Below, in pieces: positions 1 through 9,956 of a DNA stretch of 64,000 nt (positions are counted from its first letter, which is position 1; each line of letters opens with the position of its first letter). This DNA is from an uncultured bacterium (GTDB lineage Bacteria > Babelota > Babeliae > Babelales > Vermiphilaceae). The stretch spans positions 256,001 through 320,000 of the forward strand of contig OY969561.1 in assembly GCA_963701085.1 (NCBI GenBank), written 5' to 3'. Under the pieces are notes generated by a model. The model was not told where the DNA came from and ran no database searches. It worked only from the letters and a program-made list of their open reading frames with translations. The position numbers were made by a program, and so were the translations under genes.

Positions 1-903
1 ATTACTGATGCAAAAAATCAGTTAAAGCATTCATTGGAAGATCCAGAAATGGCAGAGCTTTTTAAGCTTGAGCTGCATGATTTGGGATTAAAAAGATTAG
101 AAAAAGAGCGTGCGCTTGAAGATTTGATGATTCCTTCTGACGAACATGATGAGCGTTCAGTTTTTATAGAAATACGTGCAGGAGCTGGTGGACAAGAAGC
201 AGCGTTGTTTGCAGCAGATCTCTTGAGAATGTATACAAACTATGCAATAAAAAAGGGATGGCGAGCAACAGTAGTTGATGAAAGCTTTACCGATATTGGT
301 GGTATTCGTGAGGTTACTTTGCATATTCAGGGAACTGGTGTGTATGGATACCTCAAATTTGAAGCGGGTGTTCATCGCGTGCAACGTGTGCCAAAAACTG
401 AAACGCAGGGGCGTGTTCATACATCAACAGCAACGGTGGCGGTGTTGCCTGAAGCTGAAGAGGTTGATGTGACTATTAATCCAGCTGATTTACGCATAGA
501 CGTGTTCCGTGCGAGTGGTGCTGGTGGCCAGCATGTTAACACAACTGATTCAGCCGTTCGCATTACGCATATTCCTTCTGGTTGTGTTGTTTCATGCCAG
601 GATGAGCGATCTCAGCACAAAAATAAGGCTAAAGCACTTAAAGTTTTACAATCACGTTTGCTTGTGTTTGAAAAAGAACGCCATGCAGCAGAAGTTGGAA
701 AACAGCGCAAAGAGATGGTTGGTAGAGGTATGCGTGCAGAAAAAGTACGTACTTATAATTTCCCACAAAATCGTGTCACTGATCACAACGCTGATATAAC
801 ACTTAAAAAACTTGATTATGTTATTGAAGGCGATCTTGATGAAATTATTGAAGCGCTTCGTACGCTTGATCGTGAAGAAAGACGTAAGTTGGCATTGCAA
901 TAA
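1..903 (+). CDS. prfA: Peptide chain release factor 1 (5' end outside window)
   Basis: [24 protein letters not shown] (PxT motif) and SGAGGQHVN (GGQ); frame open from base 1. Confidence 0.97.
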   Translation: MTDAKNQLKHSLEDPEMAELFKLELHDLGLKRLEKERALEDLMIPSDEHDERSVFIEIRAGAGGQEAALFAADLLRMYTNYAIKKGWRATVVDESFTDIGGIREVTLHIQGTGVYGYLKFEAGVHRVQRVPKTETQGRVHTSTATVAVLPEAEEVDVTINPADLRIDVFRASGAGGQHVNTTDSAVRITHIPSGCVVSCQDERSQHKNKAKALKVLQSRLLVFEKERHAAEVGKQRKEMVGRGMRAEKVRTYNFPQNRVTDHNADITLKKLDYVIEGDLDEIIEALRTLDREERRKLALQ

Positions 904-1010
904 TAAATTTTATTTTAGTTTTTTTATGAAGAGGGTTGATTGTTACAGTCAACTCTCTTTTGTTTTTTAATAAAAGCCTATCTCCAAAGTCGAAAAATAT
1001 TAAATTTTCT

Positions 1011-1144
1011 TCCCGCGCTCGCCCTGAACTTGTTGAAGGGTTTCCTGAGCGCTCAAAGATATCCTTTAGCCCCAATTTTCACTTTATTCCAATTGGGGTC
1101 CCCATCGAAAGAATGAAGATGGGGGATAGCTGACGAGCGCGGGA
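1011..1144. repeat. Palindromic REP/MITE-like element, modules A+B
   Basis: Terminal IR TCCCGCGCTCG/CGAGCGCGGGA; core GCTCGCCCTGAACTTGTTGAAGGG; inner CCCCATC..GATGGGG hairpin; very similar to 49902-50029 and 52584-52708. Confidence 0.9.
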
Positions 1145-1185
1145 GAATATTGACCAGGTTATTTAAATGACTTGTGTTATGTTAT

Positions 1186-2319
1186 TTATAATTTTGCTGG
1201 TTGTTTTTGATAATTTTTGTTGAGAAGTGAAAGCCACTCTGATAGTAGTTTTTTATAAAATTTCAAAATATACGCATTAATATGATTACTTTTTGTAACT
1301 GGTGTTGTGTTCCAACTATCTTTGCGTGGTATTAATTTTTGTCTAATATGTTCTTTATGTGGTGCTTTATTGCCGTATGAAACCAATCCAATATTGCTAT
1401 CTTGAGTTCCTAAAATTTTCAGTATGAGTGGATAGAGTGTGGTAGTAAGTTCATGTATCTCTTTGTATGTTTCTACCGATAAATTTTGAATTGATTCCTC
1501 ATGCTCATGAGGGATAATATCAATTTCTCCAAAATAGGTTGGAAAATGAGAGAGCATAGCTGTTGCATATTTTCCTCGATGGATAATTAGATTTTTTAAA
1601 GCATCATTTTCTTTGAGAATGGTGCAGAAGTAACAGTTTTTATGCAGATTATTTTTTACTAATAATTCTATAACAAGACGTTGCCTTATATAGCCTTGCT
1701 CTGGTATAATCAAATCGTCTAATTTGTGCATATGTGCCTGTAATGTGTTGAATAACACCGGTAAATTAACAACGGTTTTTGTTTTTTGCATTGCTTCAAT
1801 AAGATTATGATAACGCGGTGCATTATTGATCATGATATGTTTATGATGGTGTTCTGGTATGCTGGCTCCTGCAGCTAATCCTTGATTGGTGTTGATCCAT
1901 GTTTCATGACAATTTTGTGCAAACAAATAACATAATTTTTGTGTAAAGATATTTTCTTCTTGATGGGTTTCAGACGATAAGTTGCTGATTTCTCGCGTAT
2001 GTTCGTAAGGAATAATTAAAAAATGTATACCATTATCTATATATGGTTGGCTTGCGAGCATGATGAGTGAATGATTTCCACGATGGAGGACAAGATTTTT
2101 TGTACTGTTTTTATCAGCAATAATGCGACAAAAAGTGCAGGGTCTTTGTAGAATTTGTTCTGGTTGTTGTTGTATTTTGCTCGTTTCATTACAATAATCT
2201 TCTCGCCATGGTGCATAAACAATGCCGTGTGGTTGTGGTTTATACATGAGTTGTGTTTCCATACAAAAAGTGTGTGAGATATGAAGTATAATGATAACAA
2301 TAGTGAAAGATTTCTTCAT
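1186..2319 (-). CDS. Tandem double HIT-domain protein with predicted signal peptide
   Basis: YAPWR..CTFC and CYFC Zn motifs; NQGLAAGASIPEHHHKH HIT motif in domain 1; domain 2 motif degenerate; hydrophobic N-terminus. Confidence 0.8.
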   Translation of the reverse strand: MKKSFTIVIIILHISHTFCMETQLMYKPQPHGIVYAPWREDYCNETSKIQQQPEQILQRPCTFCRIIADKNSTKNLVLHRGNHSLIMLASQPYIDNGIHFLIIPYEHTREISNLSSETHQEENIFTQKLCYLFAQNCHETWINTNQGLAAGASIPEHHHKHIMINNAPRYHNLIEAMQKTKTVVNLPVLFNTLQAHMHKLDDLIIPEQGYIRQRLVIELLVKNNLHKNCYFCTILKENDALKNLIIHRGKYATAMLSHFPTYFGEIDIIPHEHEESIQNLSVETYKEIHELTTTLYPLILKILGTQDSNIGLVSYGNKAPHKEHIRQKLIPRKDSWNTTPVTKSNHINAYILKFYKKLLSEWLSLLNKNYQKQPAKL

Positions 2320-2966
2320 GGTTTACCTGTATTCTTGTTCTGGTTTTTCTGTGACCATTGATAACAATCGTTAGTATATTCTTTAAATAGTTTTACTCGA
2401 TGTTTGAGAATAATCAGTAAAGATATTGTTTTTGCGGTCTGTTCTAGAAGATATTTTCCTTCTGTTTCTAATTGAAGGATTGTTTTTTTTAGTCGATTAT
2501 TTTTTATATCGGTAGATTGTTTTTTGTAATAATTAATTTCTGCTAATTGTTTGGATAGAGCTATATGATGGTTACTTAAAATTAATGATGCATTTGTAAG
2601 ATCTGTATAATATCTTAAAAACGGATATGTTTTTTTATTGTTGTCTAAGATTATTTCTTTAAGGTCCCAATCACTGATTTGAGCATCACTGTGGTAAAAA
2701 TTGTGATATTCTTGAACGTCCTGGTAGATGCATGCATAGAGTGATTGGCAGTTTTCGATAACTTTTTTAGGGCTTATCTGGTGAGTTTGATAATAATTAT
2801 ATGATAATTTTCCGATAATAAGAGCGGTAGCCACACCTGCAATGCACCATTGTAGGGGATATGGTGAGGTAAGTATGGTGTGCCATTGTTTTTCCGACGG
2901 AGTGGTTGTTGAGAATATTAGGAATAAAAAAATAAATATGGTTTTTTTAATAATGGTTTTATACAT
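2316..2966 (-). CDS. Hypothetical membrane/secreted protein
   Basis: 216-aa ORF with two hydrophobic segments; 4-bp overlap with the next gene. Confidence 0.65.
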   Translation of the reverse strand: MYKTIIKKTIFIFLFLIFSTTTPSEKQWHTILTSPYPLQWCIAGVATALIIGKLSYNYYQTHQISPKKVIENCQSLYACIYQDVQEYHNFYHSDAQISDWDLKEIILDNNKKTYPFLRYYTDLTNASLILSNHHIALSKQLAEINYYKKQSTDIKNNRLKKTILQLETEGKYLLEQTAKTISLLIILKHRVKLFKEYTNDCYQWSQKNQNKNTGKP

Positions 2967-3172
2967 AGTTATTACCTTGCATAATAGAGTACTGATTTAT
3001 AGAACCATTATATGTAAGTAACTGGGTATGTCAAAAGAGGGTGATGTGTGGTGAATATACTTATTGGCAAGAGCCTTTGGTGCTATTTGTTTTTTGACTC
3101 TTCTATAAAATTGTATATGATTTAAGGCAGTATAATTACAACGTCGATAACTTTTACAAAAAGGGTATTCTT

Positions 3173-3715
3173 ATGATGAGTTTTAATGGGCGTGCAAAAT
3201 CGGCTTTGCTAGCATTAACAATGATTGCTTCTTCAACACAATGTAATGTGGTTGCTGATTTTTGTACTAATAATGCGGTAGTATGTTCTATGTTAGCTGC
3301 TGGTTTAATGGCGTTGAAGGTGCGTCTTGATACAAAACAACGATGTCATTATACATTTGACAATTGGCAACAAGATATTGCAGGTGTATTGAGTTCTTAT
3401 AATGTTTTTAATCCTGCATCACGCGCAACAATAATGAATTTTATTGATAAATATTTTGTGGGAGCAAAATTTAAGAGAGTAGATACAACAACAAGAACTA
3501 AAGAAGATGATGGAACAGTTGTTACGGTTAAAGGGACTAAGGTTGTACAAAAACCGTCAGGATTTATGGGAAATATCGATGCATATGTGTTCCAACAACT
3601 TGAAGCAGATAATAAGCTTCTGCCAGCCGTAGTAGCAATGTATTTCTTTATTGCGGAACCACAAAAAGCATGGAATAATGCGTATAATGCTGCTTCGACA
3701 CCAAAAAACAGCTAG
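3173..3715 (+). CDS. Hypothetical secreted/membrane protein
   Basis: 180-aa ORF with signal-like N-terminus, followed by a terminator. Confidence 0.7.
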   Translation: MMSFNGRAKSALLALTMIASSTQCNVVADFCTNNAVVCSMLAAGLMALKVRLDTKQRCHYTFDNWQQDIAGVLSSYNVFNPASRATIMNFIDKYFVGAKFKRVDTTTRTKEDDGTVVTVKGTKVVQKPSGFMGNIDAYVFQQLEADNKLLPAVVAMYFFIAEPQKAWNNAYNAASTPKNS

Positions 3716-3742
3716 TTAATTATTTTATATTGTAAAACAGTA

Positions 3743-3772
3743 AGGCCCGTGGAAACACGGGCCTGTTTTTTT
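3743..3772 (+). terminator. Rho-independent terminator
   Basis: AGGCCCGTG-GAAA-CACGGGCCT followed by G and T7. Confidence 0.85.
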
Positions 3773-3874
3773 GTATAAGAGTTGCTCATATTGTACAAAA
3801 CTTGAAAAGATAGAGGCTATTCTTTTAGGATGGATGTATTGATTTTTAATGAGTTTATTTTAAAGGAGTCGCTT

Positions 3875-5080
3875 ATGAAAAGAGCATTCTGGAAGGGTTT
3901 ACTGTGCGTGAGCGTCTCTTTTTTCATTGGAATGATGTATGCTGCATCACAAAAGCCATGGACTTTTTTGGTTTATATGGCGGCAGCGAATGATTTGAAT
4001 CAATATGCTTTATTAGATTTACACCAAATGATGCAGGCCGGGTCTAATGATAATGTAAATATTATTGTTTATCTTACGATACAAGAAGATGGTCAACCAA
4101 AAGTAACAAAAAAATTATATGTTGAGCAGGGAGCATTGAAGCAAATTGGTGAGGTAATGGTTCGTGATAGTGGTGATTTAGTGGTATTAGAAGAAGCATT
4201 GTTGTGGGCGTGTAATGATTATCCTTCAGATTATATTGCAGTTGTCTTGTGGGGTGATGGTTCTGGACCATTAAATAAATCTCATAAAATTATGCCATCC
4301 AGGGGGTTTTGTTATGATCGTGATACAGAGTATTATTTAACTGAGCATGATTGTTTAGAAGCGTTTTCATGGGCGCGGGATTATGTGAGGGATGGTAAAA
4401 AGTTTGACATTATAGCCTTTGATACTTCTTTTTCGGCATCGCTCGAGATGGCATATGCCTTGTCTTTTTGTGCAGATTATATGGTTGCTTCTCAAGATGA
4501 TCTTTCTGATCATGGATACCAGTATGCATATATTTTAAATCAGTTTGCTACTCAAACTTTTGATCCACTTTCTTTTGCGCAACTCATGGTGAGTGTGCCT
4601 CATCAGGAAGAATATGCGGAGATAAAGGATTATATTTTTTCAGTAATAGATCTCAATGTAGTGCATTCATTGGTAGACAATTGCAATGCCTTGGCTCACG
4701 TTCTACTATCGCAACTTATGGGCAAGCATAGGGTTATTGCTAAGGCTACTATTAAAAAATGTATTAACATAAACAACTGTCCTTCTTTTGATGAAGGTAT
4801 GTATATTGATTTATGGCAGTTTTATAAAAATGTGTTAAAACACAGCGCCGGGTTACATGTGTCAAAATCATGTATTAATCAGTTCAAACAGTTGCTGAAT
4901 AATGGTATAAAATTGTTTGCAAATGTTGTTAAGGCTCATGTTATGAGTGGCAATTATCAACAAGCTGGTGGTATTTCTATTTATTTTTCTCGCTATTCTC
5001 TTGATCCATCCTATTATGGTCTTTATTGGGCCAAACAGAATCCAAATTGGTTGAATTTTTTGGAAGCATTTCTCCTATAA
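3875..5080 (+). CDS. Clostripain (peptidase C11) family protein, catalytic residues substituted
   Basis: KPWTFLVYMAAANDL, GSNDNVNI; WGDGSG in place of WxHGxG; FDTSF in place of FDAC; RBS AAGGAG before ATG 3875; signal peptide. Confidence 0.85.
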   Translation: MKRAFWKGLLCVSVSFFIGMMYAASQKPWTFLVYMAAANDLNQYALLDLHQMMQAGSNDNVNIIVYLTIQEDGQPKVTKKLYVEQGALKQIGEVMVRDSGDLVVLEEALLWACNDYPSDYIAVVLWGDGSGPLNKSHKIMPSRGFCYDRDTEYYLTEHDCLEAFSWARDYVRDGKKFDIIAFDTSFSASLEMAYALSFCADYMVASQDDLSDHGYQYAYILNQFATQTFDPLSFAQLMVSVPHQEEYAEIKDYIFSVIDLNVVHSLVDNCNALAHVLLSQLMGKHRVIAKATIKKCININNCPSFDEGMYIDLWQFYKNVLKHSAGLHVSKSCINQFKQLLNNGIKLFANVVKAHVMSGNYQQAGGISIYFSRYSLDPSYYGLYWAKQNPNWLNFLEAFLL

Positions 5081-5109
5081 AAAGAGTAAAACAAAGAAAG
5101 TAAAAAAGT

Positions 5110-7500
5110 ATGCGTTATATTAAATATTTTGAGGATATTCGTCTGACTGATGTTACAACAGTTGGAGGAAAAAATGCATCGTTGGGTGAGATGATAACGC
5201 AGCTTTCATCTCAGGGAATAAGAGTTCCCACTGGTTTTGCCATTACTGCAGATGCATACTGGCACTATCTTGAATCAAATCAGCTTGTTGAAACGATGAA
5301 AAACATTATGGGTCGCTTGCATGATGCGGGTGATGTTGCTGTTTTGCATAAGGTTGGGTCAGAGATTCGTGATCTTATTATAAATGCTGATATGCCAGAT
5401 GATTTGGCGCAAGAAATTATTACCGCGTATCATAAACTTTCTCAGCATTATGATCAAAATGAGACGGATGTTGCCGTGCGTTCTTCTGCAACAGCTGAAG
5501 ATTTACCAACCGCATCATTTGCTGGGCAGCAAGATACGTTTTTGAATGTGGTTGGTGATAAAACATTATTGAATGCATGTAAAAAAAGTATGGCATCGTT
5601 GTTTAATGATCGCGCAATTATTTATCGCATTGATCAAGGATTTGATCATTTTAAAGTAGCACTTTCTATTGGTGTGCAAAAAATGATTCGTTCCGATGGC
5701 GCGGTCTCTGGCGTTGCTTTTTCATTGGATACAGAAAGTGGTTTTAAAGATGTGGTAATGATTGAAGCTTCGTATGGTCTTGGTGAATCTATTGTGCAGG
5801 GTCTTGTTACGCCTGATGAATATGTGGTGCATAAACCAACGCTGCAGTTAGGATTTACACCCATTATAAAAAAGATGTGTGGTGATAAAAAAACAAAAAT
5901 TGTGTATGGCAGTGGTACTAATGAGGTAAAGACCGTAGCAGTCCCGCTTGCTGATCAGCATAAATTTGCATTGTCTGATAAAGAAATTATTGAATTAGCA
6001 CAGTTTGTTGTTGCAATAGAAAAACATTATTCAGCGCTTGGCAACAGTTGGTCTCCGATGGATATTGAGTGGGCAAAAGATGCGCATGATGACAAAATAT
6101 ATATTGTGCAGGCACGACCAGAAACTATTTATGCGGGTAAAACAGCGTTAACGTTACAGCAGTATGTGTTGAGTGGTGATGCAAAGGTAAAAAAGGAAGT
6201 GATTGTTATCGGTTTGAGTATAGGTCATAAAATTGTTTCTGGTGTTGCACGCGTGGTAAAAGGGGCACAAGATATTGCGCAGGTTCGTGATGGCGATATT
6301 ATTGTGACAGAAATGACTGATCCCGATTGGGTGCCGGTAATGAAGCGCGCAGCCGGAATTGTAACTGATCGTGGAGGGCGTACGTGTCATGCAGCAATTG
6401 TGAGCCGTGAACTGGCAATTCCGGCAATTGTAGGTACAAAAAATGGGACCGTGGCAATAAAAAATGGTGAGCTTATCACGCTTGATTGCTCTGCTGGTGC
6501 TACTGGCACCGTTTATAAAGGAAAATTGGAATATACAATACAAGAAACATTGCTTGATACCATTCCAACATTACCCGTTGCGGTGATGGTTAATATTGCT
6601 GATCCTGATAGTGCATTCCAAACATCCTTTTTACCGGTTGCCGGTGTTGGGCTTGCGCGTCTTGAATTTATTATCTCTAATTTTATAAAAATTCATCCAA
6701 TGGCCTTGGTGCACCCCGAACGTGTTGAAGATAGTAAGCTGAGAGCGGAGATAGATAACTTGACCGCATTGTATACAAATACAACAGATTTTTTTGTGGA
6801 ACAGCTGGCGCAGGGTATTGGGATGATTGCGGCAGCATTTTATCCGCGTCCGGTTATGGTACGCTTGTCCGATTTTAAAAGTAATGAGTATCGCAATTTG
6901 TTGGGCGGTAGTTATTTTGAACCGATAGAAGAAAATCCTATGATTGGGTTCCGTGGTGCTTCTCGTTATTACAATGAACGTTACAAAGAAGCATTTGCAT
7001 TAGAGTGTCAGGCGTTGCTCCGTGTTCGTTCCGTGATGGGACTTAAGAATGTAAAAATTATGATTCCTTTTGTGCGAACAGTGCAAGAAGCGCAATCTGT
7101 TGAAGATGAAATGGCAGCGCATGGTTTGATTAAGGGTGAAGATGGTTTGGAGTTAGTGATGATGTGTGAGGTTCCATCGAATGTGATTATGATTGAAGAA
7201 TTTAGTCGCTATTTTGATGGATTTTCAATTGGGTCGAATGATTTAACGCAATTAGTTCTTGGTGTAGATCGTGATTCCACTATTCTTGCATCACTGTTTG
7301 ATGAACGTGATCCAGCAGTTAAAAAGATGATGGCAATGGCAATTGCAGGTGCACATAAAAGTGGTCGATATATTGGTATTTGTGGTCAAGCACCATCTGA
7401 TTATCCTGAAATTGCGGAATTTTTGATTAAAGCGGGCATTGATTCATTGTCATTAAACGCAGATTCAGTGTTACCGTTTCTTATGAGTTGCGCAAAATAA
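5110..7500 (+). CDS. ppsA: Phosphoenolpyruvate synthase (copy 1)
   Basis: VGGKNASLGEM, VAVRSSATAEDL, GGRTCHAAIVSRE, DGFSIGSNDLTQ. Confidence 0.97.
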   Translation: MRYIKYFEDIRLTDVTTVGGKNASLGEMITQLSSQGIRVPTGFAITADAYWHYLESNQLVETMKNIMGRLHDAGDVAVLHKVGSEIRDLIINADMPDDLAQEIITAYHKLSQHYDQNETDVAVRSSATAEDLPTASFAGQQDTFLNVVGDKTLLNACKKSMASLFNDRAIIYRIDQGFDHFKVALSIGVQKMIRSDGAVSGVAFSLDTESGFKDVVMIEASYGLGESIVQGLVTPDEYVVHKPTLQLGFTPIIKKMCGDKKTKIVYGSGTNEVKTVAVPLADQHKFALSDKEIIELAQFVVAIEKHYSALGNSWSPMDIEWAKDAHDDKIYIVQARPETIYAGKTALTLQQYVLSGDAKVKKEVIVIGLSIGHKIVSGVARVVKGAQDIAQVRDGDIIVTEMTDPDWVPVMKRAAGIVTDRGGRTCHAAIVSRELAIPAIVGTKNGTVAIKNGELITLDCSAGATGTVYKGKLEYTIQETLLDTIPTLPVAVMVNIADPDSAFQTSFLPVAGVGLARLEFIISNFIKIHPMALVHPERVEDSKLRAEIDNLTALYTNTTDFFVEQLAQGIGMIAAAFYPRPVMVRLSDFKSNEYRNLLGGSYFEPIEENPMIGFRGASRYYNERYKEAFALECQALLRVRSVMGLKNVKIMIPFVRTVQEAQSVEDEMAAHGLIKGEDGLELVMMCEVPSNVIMIEEFSRYFDGFSIGSNDLTQLVLGVDRDSTILASLFDERDPAVKKMMAMAIAGAHKSGRYIGICGQAPSDYPEIAEFLIKAGIDSLSLNADSVLPFLMSCAK

Positions 7501-7508
7501 TTGTTAAT

Positions 7509-7826
7509 TTATCTGTTTTTTAAATAGTGCGCGGCAAGTTTTTTAAGCACATCTTGTGGATTGTCAGGTGTATGTAGGGTTGATTGTGCAATTCTACTCG
7601 ATTGTGTTGGTTTAACGATCTCGTACGTACGAGCATATTGTAAGTGACCACACTCAGTGCAATAACCATTTTTTATAATTTCACAACTACAGTCGCACGC
7701 AACTGAATGCCATTCTTTATTGTCGCCTGATTTTGCTAAATGTTCACTATTATCAATGCAATAAGGGCCGGCAAGAAGTGGTGCGCCTATGAGAGTGAGC
7801 GTGAGTAAGAGTATATGTTTTTTCAT
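7509..7826 (-). CDS. Small secreted Cys-rich protein
   Basis: MKK plus hydrophobic signal; CDCSC...CTECGH. Confidence 0.7.
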   Translation of the reverse strand: MKKHILLLTLTLIGAPLLAGPYCIDNSEHLAKSGDNKEWHSVACDCSCEIIKNGYCTECGHLQYARTYEIVKPTQSSRIAQSTLHTPDNPQDVLKKLAAHYLKNR

Positions 7827-7996
7827 GATCTTTCTTCCTTTTTTTCTTGAGTAACGGTAGTGATTTCTATTTCATACTGTTCAAAAAATGGTCGTTTATC
7901 ATCGGGTGAGAATCCGCAAGGGCATGATGATATGGTGCCGATGTGCATGGCATTCATCATGATGAAAACAAAAAATATATATTTTCTCATAGCCAT
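7823..7996 (-). CDS. Small secreted protein (CPC motif)
   Basis: Signal-like N-terminus; ATGA overlap with the downstream gene; start codon uncertain. Confidence 0.5.
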   Translation of the reverse strand: MAMRKYIFFVFIMMNAMHIGTISSCPCGFSPDDKRPFFEQYEIEITTVTQEKKEERS

Positions 7997-8243
7997 ATCC
8001 TGTTTTTTCAATGTAATAAATAAATCTAAGTATTACTTTTATTATACAGTTGCTAAAATTCAAATTGCAATAACATGAAATGATTTGGTGAAAAAAGTGA
8101 GTAGGTAAGCATCTTTTATAGTCTGGATGATCGATTGTTTGTGACCTGTTGAACAAAACCATTGATTTTCAGTTTGCCTATTTAATACAATATCGATAGA
8201 TACGATATTGTGTATTTTGAATAATTAGTGGGGGGGGGTTAGG

Positions 8244-9941
8244 ATGAAAATGGTTAAAAATAGTGTAAAAAAAAGTTCCCTACTTCGACTGGTAGCGTTG
8301 TTGGCTATGGTTTTTGTTGCAAACATTTTTTCTATGCAGGAAAATTCTTATTTTATATACGACCAGGATAATTCAGAGAATGGCATTTGGGTTGACAAAG
8401 AACTAGTTAAGAAAAATAGTGAGACCCTTAAAAATATGATTGCAGATCTTGGTGAGGAGACAAATAAAATTTCATTTCCTTATTCTTTTAATCTCATAAA
8501 ATTTGGCTTTGATTTTTTGGATAACAAAGTTGATATAAGAAAGTTTTCATTTGGACAGTTGGTTGATGTGGCTAATTTTTTTAATTTTTTAGATGTTCCC
8601 GCAGATAAGATGAAGATTGTTTTGGTGAAAATTAAGGAAAATATCGATAAAGGTGATGCAAAAAATATAAATGTAGCATTAAAAACATTGCATCCTGATT
8701 TACAAAAATTGATAATGACTGAGCCGGCCATTACATACTTAAAAGATTGTATTATCAAAAAATATGCAAAAGATAGAGGAAAATCGCTTGTTGGCCATCC
8801 AGATACTGTTTATTCAGTAGCATTTAATTATGATGGTACAAAAATTGTTTCCGGATGTAAGGGTCATCAAAATAATCTTATTCTCTGGGATATCAGTAAT
8901 CCACACAACATTGTGTATCAAACATTTGTTGGCCATCCAAGCAGGGTGAACTCAGTAGCATTCAATCATGATGGGACAAAAATTATTTCCGGATGTGATG
9001 GTAACCAAAACAATCTTATTCTCTGGGATATCAGTAATCCACATAACATTGTGCGTCGAAAACTTATTGGCCATCCACGAGGTGTTAGGGCAGTAGCATT
9101 CAGTCATGATGGCACAAAAATTGTTTCTGGATGTTATGTCAACCAAAACAATCTTATTCTCTGGGATATCAGCAATCTACAAAATATTACGCAAAAAACG
9201 CTTGTTGGTCATCCAGATGATGTTTACGCAGTAGCATTCAGTCATGATGACACAAAAATTGTTTCTGGATGTAAGGGTCATCAAAATAATCTTATTCTTT
9301 GGGATATCAGCAATCCAGACAACATTACGCCAAAAACGCTTGCTGGTCATCCAGATAATGTTACTGCAGTAGCATTCAGTCATTATGATACAAAGATTGT
9401 TTCCGGATGTTGGGATGACAAAAATAATCTTATTCTCTGGGATATCAGCAATCCACAAAATATTACGCAAAAACCACTTGTTGGCCATCCAGATACTGTT
9501 TTCACCGTAGCATTCAGTCCTGATGACACAAAAATTGTTTCTGGATGTGATAGTGATCACAACAATCTTATTCTCTGGGATATCAGCAATCCAGACAACA
9601 TTGTGCAACAAATACTTATTGATCATCCAGACAGTGTTTCTTCAGCAGCATTCAGTCCTGATGGTACAAAAATTGTTTACGGATGTTATGGCGATGAAAA
9701 CAATCTTATTATATGGACTCTTTTGACTGATCAAGAAAATACCCTTTTAAAACAGTTAAAAAATTATACCGTCGACCAAATACGATTGATATATCAATTG
9801 TGTTTACAATTATTAAAGGGTCAAGCAATGGCATTAAAACAGGGCAGTGAAGAGCAGGAGATATTTATGACATTGCCACAAGATATGCAAAAATTATTGA
9901 CTGATCTGTTTGCTAAGAGTTGGTTTTCTGGTTGGTGGTAA
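8244..9941 (+). CDS. Secreted Skp1/BTB-like plus 7x WD40 repeat protein (putative effector)
   Basis: Signal peptide; NSETLKNMIADLG..ANFFNFLDVP resembles Skp1; seven 46-aa GH..WD repeats. Confidence 0.88.
   Translation: MKMVKNSVKKSSLLRLVALLAMVFVANIFSMQENSYFIYDQDNSENGIWVDKELVKKNSETLKNMIADLGEETNKISFPYSFNLIKFGFDFLDNKVDIRKFSFGQLVDVANFFNFLDVPADKMKIVLVKIKENIDKGDAKNINVALKTLHPDLQKLIMTEPAITYLKDCIIKKYAKDRGKSLVGHPDTVYSVAFNYDGTKIVSGCKGHQNNLILWDISNPHNIVYQTFVGHPSRVNSVAFNHDGTKIISGCDGNQNNLILWDISNPHNIVRRKLIGHPRGVRAVAFSHDGTKIVSGCYVNQNNLILWDISNLQNITQKTLVGHPDDVYAVAFSHDDTKIVSGCKGHQNNLILWDISNPDNITPKTLAGHPDNVTAVAFSHYDTKIVSGCWDDKNNLILWDISNPQNITQKPLVGHPDTVFTVAFSPDDTKIVSGCDSDHNNLILWDISNPDNIVQQILIDHPDSVSSAAFSPDGTKIVYGCYGDENNLIIWTLLTDQENTLLKQLKNYTVDQIRLIYQLCLQLLKGQAMALKQGSEEQEIFMTLPQDMQKLLTDLFAKSWFSGWW
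8793..9717 (+). repeat. Seven near-identical 138-bp intragenic WD40 repeats
   Basis: GGCCATCCA..AATCTTATTCTCTGGGATATCAG-type unit recurs at a 138-bp period (8793, 8931, ...). Confidence 0.95.
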
Positions 9942-9956
9942 ATTGGGCGCGCTTAA

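Noticed and set aside
845-1133. ORFs 845-1075(-) and 936-1133(+), and similarly 23821-24060, 49819-50091, 52628-52849, 55439-55672
   Set aside because: They translate the palindromic repeats (RARPELVEG / PSTSSGRA-type peptides) or tRNA-Phe; no independent coding evidence
8793-9717. Regular 138-bp repeats as a CRISPR array or DGR template/variable repeats
   Set aside because: In-frame WD40 coding repeats; no unique spacers, cas genes or reverse transcriptase in the window
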